From NCBI GenBank assembly GCA_027923505.1, contig BROI01000002.1, positions 1,612,001 to 1,676,000 on the forward strand: 64,000 bases of DNA. The letters run 5' to 3'. Shown piece by piece: positions 12,121 through 23,300 of this stretch. The notes below the pieces were generated by a model that did not search any database, was not told where the DNA came from, and was given only the letters and a program-made list of their open reading frames with translations. Numbering within the stretch: the stretch's first letter is position 1; every line of letters begins with the position of its first letter. The translations under genes and the position numbers were made by a program. Source of the DNA: Mayamaea pseudoterrestris (Eukaryota).

Positions 12121-13850
12121 TTACCGTTTGCTTCTCTTCTTTTTGCTCTTCCGCCGATTTGGATTTGATGGGCGGGTGAAAGTGTCGGGTAGATCAGCAG
12201 CAATATTGTTGGATGGGCCTGGCATACTTACACTGCCTACTGGCGTCAGATCTTTCTTGACCTTGGCTCTCGAGTCACGCTGTTGCCTCAAATCCGCTAA
12301 TCGTGCCACCAAGAGATCTCCTTCGTTCTTCTTTGACCCGGATCCTCCAAATTGCCCGATACCAAGCAGGCTGTCGACAAATCTATCCGGCTCAAACTGA
12401 AAATGTAATCAAGCAGAAAGTGTAGTGAGCGTTAGAAAAACTGGTATTTTCGTACATAAGTTGAGCGGTGAGAACTGACACTTACGTCGCGCAGATCTTC
12501 AATCCCTTCCCCGACTCCAATTAATTTGACCGGCAGATTCAAGTCGCGACTAATGGCAACGACACTACCGCCACGGGCGCTCCCATCCAATTTTGTCACA
12601 ATCAGCCCCGTCAAGCCAATTTCTTGGTTCCAAGTCTTTGCTGAATCAAGCGCCATGCGTCCCTGCGCGGCATCCAGCACGAGCAATGTCTCATGCGGCA
12701 CGAGAGTATTCAGTATTGGCTTGCCTTGATCGTCACTCTCTATCGACAGTCGCTTTTGTATAACTCGCTTCATCTTCTTCAACTCCTCCGTCAATGCATC
12801 ATTGCTACTCAGTCGGCCCGACGTGTCCACCAGCAGCACGTCGTATTGCTCACGCACCGCCTTGTCGAGCGCATTGTAAAGGACCGCCGCCGGCGACTTG
12901 GCCTGATCGTTTGGTCCAACCATTTCCACCTTGGCGCGGTCGGCCCAGTGCTGCAACTGATCCACGGCGCCGGCCCGAAAGGTGTCGCAGGCAGCAACTA
13001 GTACCTTGGTAGACGTAGCATTGGTGTCTGCATCGTCGTCGTCGTTGTCGCTGCTTCCTCCACCTTCAGTGCGAAAACGATGAGCCAGTTTTCCAATCGT
13101 AGTAGTCTTGCCCATGCCATTGGCACCCATGATGAACCAGACGACGGGAAATGATGTTGGCGTTGATGATCCTTGTATTGCTTGCGTAGTTTGGGAATCT
13201 TCGCCACTCGCAGTATCGTCGCCAAAGTCTTCGTCAATCGTCAGCGTCTCAATCAACTTGCCTCGCATAATACTCATGAGATCATCTCGTTGGAACGAAA
13301 CGCCCTTAGCTCCCTCCTCCTGCTTTTGAAAGACTAGTTCCTTCACTTCTTGTATAATGTCTTGCGCCGTGGCCGTTCCAAGATCCGCCATGAGCAGCAA
13401 GTCTTCCAGCTCGGCCAGCATTTCCTCTTGACTGTTTCCACTCAACGAACCCCATGACGTTCCAAAGAACGTGTCTAGATTCGACAACAATCGATTGCGA
13501 CTCTTGGCGAGTCCTTCACTGAACGCCTTGTTGGTTTGGGACGTGTAAACGGCAGCTTCCACTAGTCCCTGTCCAAGCTTGCCCTTGGCAGTCGCCGCGG
13601 CAAGGTTGTTGAGCTGCTGGAATCCTTCCTGCGATCGTTGCTTGAAAAATTCGAACACAAACAATCGAGAGTCTTTATTTAATGTTGTAGACGGTAGTAC
13701 AGGATTTGTTCTTGTCCAGGAATTTGTAGTGGTTTGTCGTGATGGTGCAGGACGCACGACAAAGGCATGCGCTGCATGATCATGGTGTCTCCATGTTACA
13801 AGAACAAGTCCAAACCATATAGACTGTCTTGAAATTTGGCTCATACTCAT
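12121..13850 (-). CDS. cpFtsY: Chloroplast SRP receptor GTPase FtsY, 2 exons
   Basis: Motifs GANGMGKTTTIGKLA, DTFRAGA, DTSGR, TKLDGSARGG and GVGEGIEDLRD|FEPDRFVDSLLG (intron 12485-12397). Presequence with AHA-FVV. Start could be 13850 or 13844. Confidence 0.93.
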
Positions 13851-14190
13851 GTACAGTGATTTTCGGCTCCTAATATCACAATAAGGAAGGGCCAAAATCG
13901 GCGTGACAAGTGCGTGACATCTCCATGGTCGAGACTGACGAATGGTGAGTCAGATCAAAGCGGTTTTGAAAGCTAGTCGGATGCGACGCGAAACTATGTT
14001 GTGCAACCTCCAAAAAGTCCATCTACCAAGTATTATCCACAGCAGTATCAAATTCATGTAATTTCATTTTTAGATTTTTAGAGGTAAATGTAGCATTTTC
14101 ATGTAATTAGTAATACAGACAACCGCGGGATGTCATAGCAGGAGGAGTAATTCGCCAGTGCCGCAGTCGCCTGCTGGATAACGAAACGAA

Positions 14191-16544
14191 TTAATCGTAA
14201 ATGGGCTCGTCCGAAAAAAGCATGACTGACGATGGGGAGCGCGACAGGTTGCTAGCCTCCTCGTCCGACATGTTGAGCTTGGACTGCTGCTGAATGGGCG
14301 GCGAAGGGAGACGGAGCTCGCCGCGCATCGCTGTAAAGTCCATGTCCTCGTCCATGCCAAAGTGGTCGAGATGCTCATGATTGTAGTCAGTGTGGTCAAG
14401 ATTGTCCGTTTGGTCGTAGTCGTCCTTGTGGGGCGGGAAGGTATGGATCATCTCACGATGTCCAGGCGCGTCGGCGCGGCCAAAGTAGTTGCGGCCAGTG
14501 GCCGTCGGGTCAGAGACTACGACGGGCGCCTCCGGATGCATAAAGTCCGCAGCATAGGCCTTCAATGCCTTGAGCTCCTCCATAATGAGCAAGCGCTCCT
14601 CCTCAAGGCTTGGGTCCTCCTGTACCGGCGCCGATGCACGCATAAAGAAGTTGCGGCCGCAGGCAGTCGGATCCGATGTGACAACTGGAAGCTCAGGGTG
14701 CAAGAACTCAACCGCCGTTTGCTTTAGGGCCTTGAGATCCTCCATGACTTGCACACGCTCCTCCTCCCACTCGGCATCATATTCGGGCGCCGAGGCCCGC
14801 GAGAAAAAGTTGCGGCCACAGGCCGTAGCATCCGTCGTAACAACGGGGAGCTCAGGATGCATGTAGTCCTTGGCGAGCTGCTTGAGAGCCTTCAACTCTG
14901 CAAAGACACAAGCACGCTCCTTCTCCAAGCTTGGATCATCTTGCTCAGGCGCTGACGCGCGGCCAAAATAGTTGCGCCCGCGAGCAAACGGATCCAATGT
15001 GACAACCGGGAGCTCTGGATGCAAATACTCGACAGCCTTGGTCTTCAAAGCCTTGAGGTCTTGCATAATGCGAATGCGCTCCTCCTCATTCTCGGCGTCA
15101 TATTCAAGAGCCGACGCGCGGGAGAAAAAGTTACGTCCTCTGGCCATGGGATCCGTAGTGTTAACAGGGAGCTCGGGATGCACGTAGTCAACGGCCAGCT
15201 GCTTGAGCATCTTCAAATCATCCAACACGCGAGCGCGCTCTTCCTCCAGTGCCGCATCATCCTGCTCGATGGCAGAGGCGCGACTAAAGTAGTTGCGGCC
15301 GCACGCAAAAGGGTCCAATGTCTTGACAGGGAGTTCAGGGTGCATGTAATCCTTGGCGAGCTGCTTCAAGCTCTTCATGTCTTGCATGATGCGAGTACGC
15401 TCTTCCTCATTCTCCGCATCAAACTCGGGCGCCGACGCGCGACTAAAGTAGTTGCGTCCGCAAGCAAAGGGATCCAACGTCATCACTGGGAGCTCGGGGT
15501 GCAAGTAGTCCTTGGCGAGCTGCTTGAGAGCCTTCAAGTCTCTCTCCATGCGGACTCGTTCCGCTTCCAATTCGACGTCAGCCTGATCCGAAGCAGAAGC
15601 GTGACTAAAGTAGTTGCGTCCGCAAGCAGTAGGATCCGTCGTCATGACGGGGAGCTCCGGATGCATGTATTCCTTGGCAAGCTGCTTCAAAGCCTTGAGA
15701 TCTTGCATGATGCAGACTCGTTCCGCCTCGTCCTCGGAAACATCCTGCTCGATTGCCGACGGGCGAGTAAAGTAGTTGCGTCCAAACGCAGTAGGATCGC
15801 TGGTGACGACTGAAAGCTCAGGATGCATGTAGTCGACGGCAAGCTGCTTGAGAGCCTTGGCTTCACTAAGGATCTGCGCGCGCTCCTCGGCGTCATTCTC
15901 GTCCATCTTGGGGACAGCCGACGGACGATCAAAGTAGTTGCGCCCAAAGACGGCAGGATCCGTCTCAATAAAAGCCTCCGGATGCAAGTAGTCCTTGGCA
16001 AGCTTCTTCAAGGCGGCAAGGTCGTTAAAAATCGCATTCTGCTCCTCCGCATCAACTTCCGGAACCGGATCAGAAGCATGATCGAAAAAGCAATGCGTCA
16101 TCGCAATCGGCGCCGACTCGACCGGCTCCTCCGGATGAAGAAACCAGACGGCCGCCTTCTTCAAGGCGCGAGCGTCCGCCAAGATCTGGAGGCGCTCCTC
16201 CCACTCTTCTGCAAAAATGGAAAAAGTGCGAGAGAACAAAGATCGTCGCTGTGAGATACAGAATCTTTTAAAAAACACACGCACGCAAACGCGCGCCTTA
16301 ATCAATACTTACCATCTTCCTCCTCTTCATCGTCCCAATCTTCGTCGTCATACGACTCCGTCGTCGAAACGCTCGGAGCATCGTCAGTGGCTTGAAGCGT
16401 CAAGGCGTCAGCGAGCACGTCAAAGGTTGACTCGTGCTGCTTCATGGTAATGGTGTGTTTTCCGTCCTCACAAACCGAACTGGACAACTTCTTGGCGTAC
16501 AAGTTGCCGCTAGCTTTGGCTTGTGAAGACGTTTGGTTCCCCAT
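14191..16544 (-). CDS. Uncharacterised tandem-repeat protein (11 x ~54-aa HPELP/GRNYF repeats), N-terminal MG motif, 2 exons
   Basis: Exon 1 16544-16313 (MGNQTSSQ...EEEED), intron 16312-16209 (GTAAGT..GCAG), exon 2 16208-14191. Repeats are visible in both protein and DNA. Confidence 0.88.
14480..16200 (-). repeat. Coding tandem repeat array with 159/162-bp period
   Basis: The HP-codon anchor (GGATGC/GGGTGC on +) occurs at 14534, 14696, 14855, 15017, 15176, 15338, 15497, 15659, 15821 and 15980, with a diverged copy at 16133. Confidence 0.92.
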
Positions 16545-17118
16545 GGTAGGATAGTAGTTTTGGATTGCGGTTGGTTACGTTTGACTGGTGGAGTTGGTTG
16601 TTGTGAGGGAAGCGCGCATGGGGGATCGCAAGCGAGGATCGCAAATGCGTCTGCAGCTTGCACTAACCCGGAGGTCTCCTCGGCGTGCTCTTTTGTGTCA
16701 ATGAGTACTCTATGATTGATAGTCGAAGAGTTTAGATATGAAACAATGCGAATGCGAACGAAGAGTTGACAGCACTTCATCAGCCCAGTCGGGACATACA
16801 GATTGCCAATCAAAGAATTATGGATTGCTTGTCAACCATGCTCGCGCGCCACTACTCTGGCTTGGAAAGTAGCAATGCTTGCATTTGACCAATCAAAACA
16901 GTTCCTCTCAACATTCATGACACTATGTTGCTTTCCACGTGTTAGTTGATCAGCAATTCGTGAAACTCGAGCTGAGTGATCCGTGAAGTCGCGCCAAAGA
17001 TCGCTTCACCGAGAACAATAAAGTGTCAAGCCCCACAAATCCAAAAAGCAAGCTCCGCCAAATAGAGCAGCAGCAGCGCCCTCGTTGAACTTGATATCCA
17101 ACAACATTCACAGCAACC

Positions 17119-17421
17119 ATGGCCAAGCAAAAGAAGGAAGAGGATGTTACTCTCAACAAGTAAGTGCATGACGAGAGCCGCGCGGGACGAGACGAGACGA
17201 TGGATGCGAAGCGTGAATGCGAAATCTATTCGGCGCGAGCTCTTATGCATCTGCTCGCTCACTCGCTTGGCTTTTACAGAAAAGACCAAAAGAAGGTTGA
17301 CAAGCTAGAAGCTCAAATTCCATACCATGAAGGACGCGGAAACAAGGACGAAGTGGTCAAGATCCAGGAGCAGATTGCATCCATTTGGCAAAAGGCCAAG
17401 GATGCCGCCAACGTCGCCTAA
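17119..17421 (+). CDS. Small (60-aa) hypothetical protein, 2 exons
   Basis: ATG in ACCATGG context at 17119, intron 17160-17279 (GTAAGT..TTTACAG). Spliced product MAKQKKEEDVTLNKKDQKKVDKLEAQIPYHEGRGNKDEVVKIQEQIASIWQKAKDAANVA. Confidence 0.75.
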
Positions 17422-18085
17422 TTGCGTGGCGGCCTGACAATGTATTGCAAATTGATATAGAGTAAAATCTTTATCTAGATTTGCTTTTTGAATATGAATA
17501 TTTAACTGTACACGCGTTTACGTTTAGAGCGACCTTAAAAGCGACGATCTTGGATCTTGGAAGTTGCTGCATTGCGATCGATCCATAGAACTGCGAGACT
17601 GAGCCAGTCTGTGACAGCCTCAAACACAATGAGAGTCAGTTTGATGCAAGGCAGTCGCTAGGAAAGATCCCTGTTATTCCCTCGTCTTGGATGTTGCCGC
17701 CGGCCTCTTCCTGCGTGGCTCGTGATTCGTGCTCGATGGAGGATGTCAACAAGCGTTCTGCGACAGATATGCATCGATTCCTAAAGTATCTTCTCTTTCT
17801 ATACTTCGCATGCTTCATAGATGACTCTGAATATTCTAGTTTGTTTATAGCTGTCCATTAGATGCGTCAATTTCCACGAATTCTGGAGCCGCCATGGTCG
17901 CATCAAAGATCCAAACTCGCAGGGTAACGCACGTCCAACAATGCGACATGCATCACGTTTTCATAGCAGCTACGAAGAACTACAGAGAGCAAACGCCAGA
18001 CAAGAGACAACTTACTTAAGTAACTACCGGTACTTCTGCTGTCATTATATATTATTTTAGCATTCTAGCCTGTTGGTGTCTCATT

Positions 18086-19111
18086 TTAAAGTCCATCTAC
18101 ATTCCCATTTAAACCATCACCTCCCACTTTCACCACTTGCACCTCCATGATTAAGCTTTGATCGAACCGCTGCGCCATGCGCCGCTGCTTGGCGTAGTCG
18201 GTGGGAAAGGGTTGCTTGGACGTGTCAAAGCACGCTTCCTGCGCCACCATTGTCGCCGTTGGCACCACCACATAGTCCGTTTTCAAGTCGCCGCCACTGC
18301 CGCGTCCACCCGGCCCGCCGTCGCAAGCCTTGGTAGGCTTCTGCCATCCCTGCTGCGGCAGTACGACGAAGCGGCGTATTCCGCCGAGCCGCATGCCGAC
18401 GAGCGCCTCGTTCAAGGCGATTATGTTGAAGGGACTTCCCACAATGGTCGAGTAGCTCTTGGATCCTGCCTTGTCTTCGTCGTCCTCCAGTCCGTAGCCG
18501 CGCGAAAACACCACTGTCCCCTCGCCGCTCAAGCCATCGTAGCTGCGCTTGCCGAGTTTCAGCACCTTGTAGTTAATGGTCACGGCAGTGTTTGTGGTAA
18601 TGGGTAAACTGGACGAGTCGCCCACTGTTTCGTCGCGATAGCGCGTGCCACCAGCAGTCAACAGCGACGGCGTAACGTTCGCCAGTGCCTCTCTTTGCTC
18701 CCGTTCGGCCTGTTGCATGGCGAGCTCCTGGCACTCTTCCACGTTGGTGCACTTTTTCTTGACATCGCTGTTACTGGATGTTGCTTTTGGTTTAGAAAGA
18801 GGCGGAGCATTGCCCTTGACGAGTGCGTGTGATGGAAGTGATGAACATAATGATAGTGCTGCTACTGTACATGACGTGACTATGGATCTTGCCAGCGACC
18901 GTCTCGTGTACAAATTGCTTGTAGTGGATGGATCTTTGTTTGTGTTGACGTCGGCATCAGAGTTGGTGGCAACGAATTTCGGTGAAAGTTGAAACTGATG
19001 CAAATTTCTCGCAGATATTTGGTGACTCGTCAAAGATAGCCATGCTTCTGCTAGACGGCTGTGAAGAAGCAGCAGCAAGAGCGCCGAAAAGAGGTTTTGA
19101 AAAGTTGCCAT
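18086..19111 (-). CDS. FKBP-type peptidyl-prolyl isomerase-like protein, predicted thylakoid lumen
   Basis: Signal ending AEA-WL, twin-Arg TRRSL plus a hydrophobic stretch ending SHA. FKBP-like core GTRYRDETVG...IIALNEALVGMRLGGIRRFVV...LIMEVQVV. Confidence 0.82.
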   Translation of the reverse strand: MATFQNLFSALLLLLLHSRLAEAWLSLTSHQISARNLHQFQLSPKFVATNSDADVNTNKDPSTTSNLYTRRSLARSIVTSCTVAALSLCSSLPSHALVKGNAPPLSKPKATSSNSDVKKKCTNVEECQELAMQQAEREQREALANVTPSLLTAGGTRYRDETVGDSSSLPITTNTAVTINYKVLKLGKRSYDGLSGEGTVVFSRGYGLEDDEDKAGSKSYSTIVGSPFNIIALNEALVGMRLGGIRRFVVLPQQGWQKPTKACDGGPGGRGSGGDLKTDYVVVPTATMVAQEACFDTSKQPFPTDYAKQRRMAQRFDQSLIMEVQVVKVGGDGLNGNVDGL

Positions 19112-19272
19112 GGTGGTGAAAGAGTGATGGCCGAATGACGAAGCTTCATCGGGATGATGTCGCTACGTTTCTCAGAGATTCGTACCAGTATTGTCTCGTC
19201 TGACCGGTACTCGATTAGTGACTCACTGATTTGGCAGGTCGCGGCGATCCGCCATTATTTTTGAATGGCACC

Positions 19273-20127
19273 ATGAGGCTCCTCCTTGCCGCTGCATTGC
19301 TCCTGTGCAGCGCAACATTTGACTGTCAAGCCCTTGTGCAGCATGCCAATTCAGTCTGCAAAAGTCGCAGTCAATTCGCGAATTATGGATACTCATTGAG
19401 CATGAAAAGTGAAGCATCCGATGACGACATTGCTTCATCATCACCGCTCGAGTCGTCAACGACAACATCATTCGTCCAGTCTCGTCGAAGCGCCCTGATA
19501 ACCAGCGCCGCCGCTACATTACTTGCAGCATTACCTTTACTACTATCGCAACCATCATTTGCAGCAGCAGCCGCCGACTCCACTACTGACACTTCCGAGA
19601 AAAGCATGTTTGCCCCCACCTTTGTCCAGCAGTACGACGACTTTATCGCCACGCCATCCGGCATGAGCTACCGCAACGTCGTGGTTGCTAGTAACACAGA
19701 CACTGCTGCTTCCGCCGCACAATTGGGCGACCGTCTCGTGTTCGACTGGAGCGGCTACACGATTGGCTACTTTGGACGGCCCTTTCAGGCCAAGGGCGGA
19801 CCGCAGGGCGGCGCCTTTGACAAGGATTTGGACTATGAGCGCATTGTGCTGGGCAGTGGCAAGATTGTCAGGGGACTCGAGCAGGCGCTGATTGGTATGC
19901 GCGCGGGTGACGTGAGGCAAGTGATTGTGCCTTTTGGTGACTTGTCGTATCCGCAGACAAAGGATCCGAGCCACGAAGCGGTGGGGCCAAAGCCAAGCAC
20001 ATTTTCGGGGCAGCGGGCGTTGAACTTTGTGCTGGATAATCCGCGGCTGGATCGAACGTTGCTGTTCAACGTCAAGGTGATTCGAGTCGATAAACCAAAT
20101 GCGAGTGGAGGATTCACGAGGGGATGA
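19273..20127 (+). CDS. FKBP19-like lumenal peptidyl-prolyl isomerase
   Basis: Signal MRLLLAAALLL, twin-Arg SRRSAL...SFA. DWSGYTIGYFGRPF and GPKPSTFSGQRALNFVL...DRTLLFNV match the plant FKBP19 subtype as I recall it. Confidence 0.85.
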   Translation: MRLLLAAALLLCSATFDCQALVQHANSVCKSRSQFANYGYSLSMKSEASDDDIASSSPLESSTTTSFVQSRRSALITSAAATLLAALPLLLSQPSFAAAAADSTTDTSEKSMFAPTFVQQYDDFIATPSGMSYRNVVVASNTDTAASAAQLGDRLVFDWSGYTIGYFGRPFQAKGGPQGGAFDKDLDYERIVLGSGKIVRGLEQALIGMRAGDVRQVIVPFGDLSYPQTKDPSHEAVGPKPSTFSGQRALNFVLDNPRLDRTLLFNVKVIRVDKPNASGGFTRG

Positions 20128-20330
20128 ATATGAAGCGACTTTTTGCTAGCTAGCTATTGTAGTATGAAACAAATAACGTATGCATTATGTACAATTATGA
20201 ATTCTTTCTGTCTTGTATGTAATATATTTTTGTGACATTGGCCAAGCGTGCATGTCACTCAAGCTCCATCGCACTCGGATAACACTTTTTCACCTGCTCG
20301 ACTCTGAATGCTGTGTCTGCGGACTTGCGC

Positions 20331-23300
20331 TTACGGAGGAATGGCGAGCGCTGTAGATTGTTGGGATGAGACTCTATTCTCGTCGTGTCCAATCCCTTGC
20401 TCGATTGCAGTCCGAAGTTCGTTCGCTTGCGCTTGATTTCGGCAATTGATGACTTCAATGTCGCTTCCGTTGCGGCGAGGTGTATTCAAAACAACAATGA
20501 TGCACCATCCAGAGCTTCCGTCGGCTTGCTCAACGCTGCGGACCTCCATGCTATCAATGTGCTTGTACTTGAGCACGAGAAGCTCCTCCCCCGTCGAACC
20601 GAGCAACAGCAAGCGCTTGACACTTAGCAGTGCCACGCGGTCCACCATGTCCAAGTGGTTTAAATATCGCTCTCCAGCTAGCCGCGTCCTCATCATGAGG
20701 GCAGCCGCAGCTGCATCAGCGACATTATACACGCGCATGACATGCTCAGCTCCGTAAAACGCCCGGCGTGGCCGGATTTGAGCCAGCTGCGTACTGATAG
20801 GTCCAGTCCCTCCGTCGACAGTGCCCTTGACTCCGATCATGACATCCGTAATGCCGTCCGATATGCCAATAATCGGCTTCACCAACAAACCAAGTAAACC
20901 TTTTCCCATGCCCTTGGCAAAGCCTTCAATGCCCTTCTTTTCAGCGCCTCGCATTGGCGCCTTGACGACACCGGTCACACCATCGACGAATCCTTGCGCC
21001 AGTTTCGTCACTCCACTACCAATGCCAACGTTTGCTCCGCCTTGTTCGCGCAAAATCTCCTTGCGATCACGCTTTTGGGCATATCGACGATCCAGCGTCA
21101 ATATCGTCATGTTTTTGGAAAAGGTCTCGGTTAACATTGCCGCAGAGTCGGCAATTCCGCCGACCGTGTGTCGAGCCAACGACAAGGTGCCGCGAGCGAC
21201 GCCATCCACAAGATAAGTAGCGTCCATTTGCTGGACGGATTTTTGAAATCCCTTCATGGGCTCGAGTACAAAATCGCTAACACCATCGCCGAGGCCTCGA
21301 ACCAAGCCAAGCGGATTTCCAAAAGCTGCTAGCGAGCCAAGTAAAGCAGGTAGGTTTTGTCGAAGGGACGCCAAATAGTGTGCGCCGATATAAGTTATGA
21401 GTTGTGAACTCGTTGATGTGTGGTTTCGCAGGGAGACGCCCGCAAAGTCTAGATTTGCACCATCTAAACGTAACAGGGCATCCACAACGATGCTTTTAAA
21501 GACGCCTCTGACGACTGCAAGCGGCGTAGCATTACGATGCCCAACTTTGACGCCCAAGAGGCCGGCATGACCAAGCTGTACATCGCCCTTACGCACAGCC
21601 TGATGGATCTGGGCCGCTTTTTCTCCTTCGAGTAAGGCTTGAGCATGTGTGAGGGCGCGTGCTGGGGCCACAGAAAGCTTGATTTGGCAGGGCAAGATAG
21701 TTAAACCTTCAAAATAGAATTTTTGGCGACCAACAGCGGACGACACGTTAGCTTCTAATTCTTTTGCCTTTTGAGCGATGTCTGGTAGAGTCCATCGATT
21801 CCAGTCTTCAGTGACGTCAAACTCACGGAAATGAGAAACAATTTCGACAAAATACCTTTGCAAGCGAACTAGGAAAGCCAAGTCCACGTGGATAGACAAG
21901 TTTCTCGGAGCAATCGTTATAGACTTGAAACACACGACGCCAGTGCTATGTTTAGGAGCGATAGAAACGCCAATAACAAGCAGTGGAGCGGTTGGAAGGA
22001 TCGTGTCACCACATCCCAGCGGTAACCTTGCGCTTGCCTCCCGATTGAGGAGATCGAGCGGAGCAATAGCAACGGGAAACGGTGCATTGGGCACCATGTT
22101 GTCCACCTGAAGACTTGTTACAGTGATATACATTGTAGAGCCGGATGTCCTCAACCAGTCGAATGTAGCGATAGCGTTTATGTTCTCAAGGGAAATAACG
22201 CAAATCTCGCTTGGCGCTGAATCAACTAGACTAACAATCAATCCACGGAAGGCTGCCCGTAAGCTCACAATCATTTCTTGCCTGAAAGGTATCGTGTCAG
22301 CGAGTTCGATTGAGTTACGATGTGATGTGCTGATTGTAACAGGATCAAGAATCATTTTCAGGATGGCATCATCCTCGCCAAGCAATGACTTGTCTTTGAG
22401 CAACTCGTTCGCAAAGTATGCACCGTCTTCCATTTCACGAGAATAAACAGCTGTTTGAGTATCTCCTTGACATGATATGGAAATAAACATTTCGTTAACG
22501 AACGGGTACGAAAATATTGTGTCTGAGTCCGGCTTGACCATTAATCTGGATGAAAAAACGATGCAGTGATAAGGATGCATTTTCACGGAATGACTCAACA
22601 GATAAAGCAGTGACAAAACTTACCCAAAGCGCAACACTCGAGTCGGACCATCGTTTAAGACAATTCCAACAACGCGGATTCGGCGAATGGATGCTCGAAT
22701 CTCTGAAGATAGCAGCATTAGTCTGGAGGGATTCAAGCGTACTTTTTCTCCGACAGCAATCATTGATACCACTTTGGTCGTCTCTATTCCAGCTCTTGAA
22801 TTAAGTGGAGCCAAGGCTACTCGAGCTCGGACCAGCTCTTCCATTGACGCAGCCTTCCTTCCGGCATATTTACCCTGACGAAAAGGGACATCCAGCGCAA
22901 AGACAGCGCTCGCACTAGATCGGATCAATTCTCCTCCTAAAGAGCTAGCGTGACCACTAGCATCTTCACCATTAGCCAACAGCCCATCCTGCGAAAACCA
23001 AATTGGAAAGCTTGTCGCATTTTCAATCCGGAAAAGTGCGCCATGTCCCTCTCGATCTTCTTCTTTCAGCGCTAAGCTTATGCCTGTTCCTCCTGTTTTA
23101 GCTCTAATTTCTGATTCCACTTTAATCGACATTACTTCTTCACTAGCCTTCGAATTGTCCATTTGCAGCACTGCACGACAGGTTCGGAGAGGCACAGCGC
23201 CAATCATCAAGGGATCGAATCCTCCACTCCATCCAAAGGCATGCGAAACACTGTCAACAGGCCGAACGCTAACAAGCATGGGAAGCCGCCGATCAGACCA

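Noticed and set aside
15019..15813. 264-aa plus-strand ORF and similar antisense ORFs over GapC1, VPS13, Gag-Pol and the ankyrin gene
   Set aside because: These are shadows of codon-biased genes on the opposite strand, with no recognisable motifs.
14480..16200. Regularly spaced repeats as a possible CRISPR array
   Set aside because: The period is 159/162 bp, in frame and degenerate at codon third positions, inside a spliced eukaryotic ORF. There are no unique spacers or cas genes.
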